Positions 62,798 to 64,000 of a stretch of 64,000 bases of DNA are shown here, piece after piece (positions within the stretch are counted from its first letter, which is position 1; every line of letters starts with the position of its first letter). This DNA is from Methanomassiliicoccales archaeon (GTDB lineage Archaea > Thermoplasmatota > Thermoplasmata > Methanomassiliicoccales > UBA472), in assembly GCA_040765825.1 (NCBI GenBank), contig JAXGRO010000002.1, positions 10,293 to 74,292 of the forward strand, given 5' to 3'. The position numbers were made by a program, and so were the translations under genes. The notes beneath the pieces are model-generated. The model was given only the letters and a program-made list of their open reading frames with translations, had not been told where the DNA came from and did no database searches.

Positions 62798-64000
62798 ATG
62801 AAACATGGAACGATAGCCAAGGTCGCGCTGCTCCTGGCGCTCACGATGGTCCTGGCCCCGCTGTTGGTGCCGCCGGTGGCGGCGGCTGATGGCGGGGAGG
62901 TCGACAGCGGGGACACGGCGTGGCTGATGATCTCAACCGGATTGGTCTTCCTGATGACGCCGGCGGTGGCCTTCTTCTATGGAGGCATGCTGCGAAAGGA
63001 CAATTTCCTGTCCATGCTGGGACAGAGCATTCTGATCATCGGAGTGGTCACAGTGATATGGGTGGTGTTCGGTTATTCCCTGGCCTTCGACGGCGACAGC
63101 TACGGGCTTATAGGGGGGGCGGGACACCTCATGCTGAACGGGGTGGACATGGACCCGAACAGCCTGGCACCCACGGTGCCCCACCTGCTGTTCATGATGT
63201 ACCAGGGCATGTTCGCCATAATCACCGTGGCCCTGATCATCGGAGGGGTGGCCGAGCGCATGAAGCTCCGCTCCCTGATGGTGTTCCTGGCGGTGTGGAC
63301 CGCGGCGGTGTACATCCCGGTGGCCCACTGGGTTTGGGGAGGCGGATGGATCTACGAGCTGGGAGCGTTGGACTTCGCCGGGGGGACGGTGGTGCACATC
63401 ACGGCGGGCGTTTCAACCCTGGCGGCGGCGCTGGTGCTCGGGAAGCGCATCACCCAGAGCAAGGGGCAGGCCGAGCAGCCCCACAACATTCCCCTGGTGG
63501 TACTGGGCGGGGCGCTGCTCTGGATAGGCTGGTTCGGCTTCAATGGGGGCAGCGCCCTGGGGGCCAACGGGCTGGCGGCCAGCGCCTTGGTGATGACCCA
63601 CATCTCGGCCGCGGTGGCCGCCCTGATCTGGGGACTGATCAGCTGGTTCCACACCGGGAGGGTCAGCGTCCTGGGCCTGATCTCGGGGGGCGTGGCCGGC
63701 CTGGTGGCCATAACGCCGGCGGCCGGTTTCGTGAACGCCACCGGTGCCCTCTTCATCGGGGTGGGGGCGGCGGCGGTGTGCTACTGCGGCATACTGCTGC
63801 GAAAGAGGGCGGGGTTCGATGACGCCCTGGATGTCTGGGGCGTGCACGGCCTGGGAGGGACCTTCGGGGCCATCGCCACCGGCCTGTTCGCCACCACCGC
63901 GGTGAACCCCGCGGGCGCGGACGGGCTGCTGTACGGCGGAGGAGCGGACCTGCTGATAGCGCAGGCGATATCCGTAGCGGTGGTTTGGGCCTTCGCCTTC
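62798..64000 (+). CDS. amt: ammonium transporter (Amt family), 3'-truncated by the window edge
   Basis: Not in the ORF track (no stop in the window). It has a signal/TM N-terminus, then DTAWLMISTGLVFLMTPAVAFFYGG, DFAGGTVVHITAG and WFGFNGGSA, which are the classical Amt blocks. Confidence 0.93.
   Translation, partial: MKHGTIAKVALLLALTMVLAPLLVPPVAAADGGEVDSGDTAWLMISTGLVFLMTPAVAFFYGGMLRKDNFLSMLGQSILIIGVVTVIWVVFGYSLAFDGDSYGLIGGAGHLMLNGVDMDPNSLAPTVPHLLFMMYQGMFAIITVALIIGGVAERMKLRSLMVFLAVWTAAVYIPVAHWVWGGGWIYELGALDFAGGTVVHITAGVSTLAAALVLGKRITQSKGQAEQPHNIPLVVLGGALLWIGWFGFNGGSALGANGLAASALVMTHISAAVAALIWGLISWFHTGRVSVLGLISGGVAGLVAITPAAGFVNATGALFIGVGAAAVCYCGILLRKRAGFDDALDVWGVHGLGGTFGAIATGLFATTAVNPAGADGLLYGGGADLLIAQAISVAVVWAFAF

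Overview
This is a gene-dense, high-GC (by eye about 60-65%) chromosomal segment from an anaerobic archaeon. Archaeal markers include the RFC small subunit, ribosomal protein L40e, ABCE1, RibL with an archaeal-type riboflavin synthase, an NcsA-type tRNA thiolase, a bifunctional PGI/PMI, and TATA/BRE promoters with many apparently leaderless starts. The gene content (folate-type GlyA/FolC, FprA, desulforedoxin, CooS/CooC, HypA/HypD, NikR) fits a Thermoplasmatota / Methanomassiliicoccales-like organism, but that assignment is inference only. I call about 68 protein genes. Two of them (L40e and a 39-aa desulforedoxin) fall below the ORF-track size cutoff, and two more run off the window edges. 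I found no rRNA, tRNA, CRISPR array, transposase or integrase. Most long ORFs lying antisense to these genes are high-GC artefacts. Recognisable modules are: msrB-corA-PiT-DUF47 with a nearby two-domain PPK2; an ABC-2 exporter; hypA-hypD; an AsnB-like gene with folC and nth; nikR; topA; a COG0523 GTPase operon; lrp-osmC-pncB-eno; the riboflavin operon ribB-ribL-ribC-ribH; ftsZ; metG; cooS-cooC; an O2-detoxification group (fprA, desulforedoxin, a disulfide reductase, a DGC protein); and amt. The most unusual locus is 708-4355. It holds three tandem paralogues of an unrecognised 69-aa protein, each with its own conserved TATA box, a GTTAC-N8-GTAAC palindrome and a 5' hairpin. They sit co-directionally between an ArsR-type regulator and GNAT on one side and a radical-SAM enzyme with a C-terminal winged-helix extension and a second GNAT on the other. 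This is a candidate small-protein or RiPP-like maturation system. Secondary candidates are a 1325-aa DUF4011-SF1 helicase-Vsr-like nuclease fusion, a split COG0523 metallochaperone operon, a degenerate EF-Tu-like pseudo-GTPase and a PUA-PP-loop-ferredoxin fusion.
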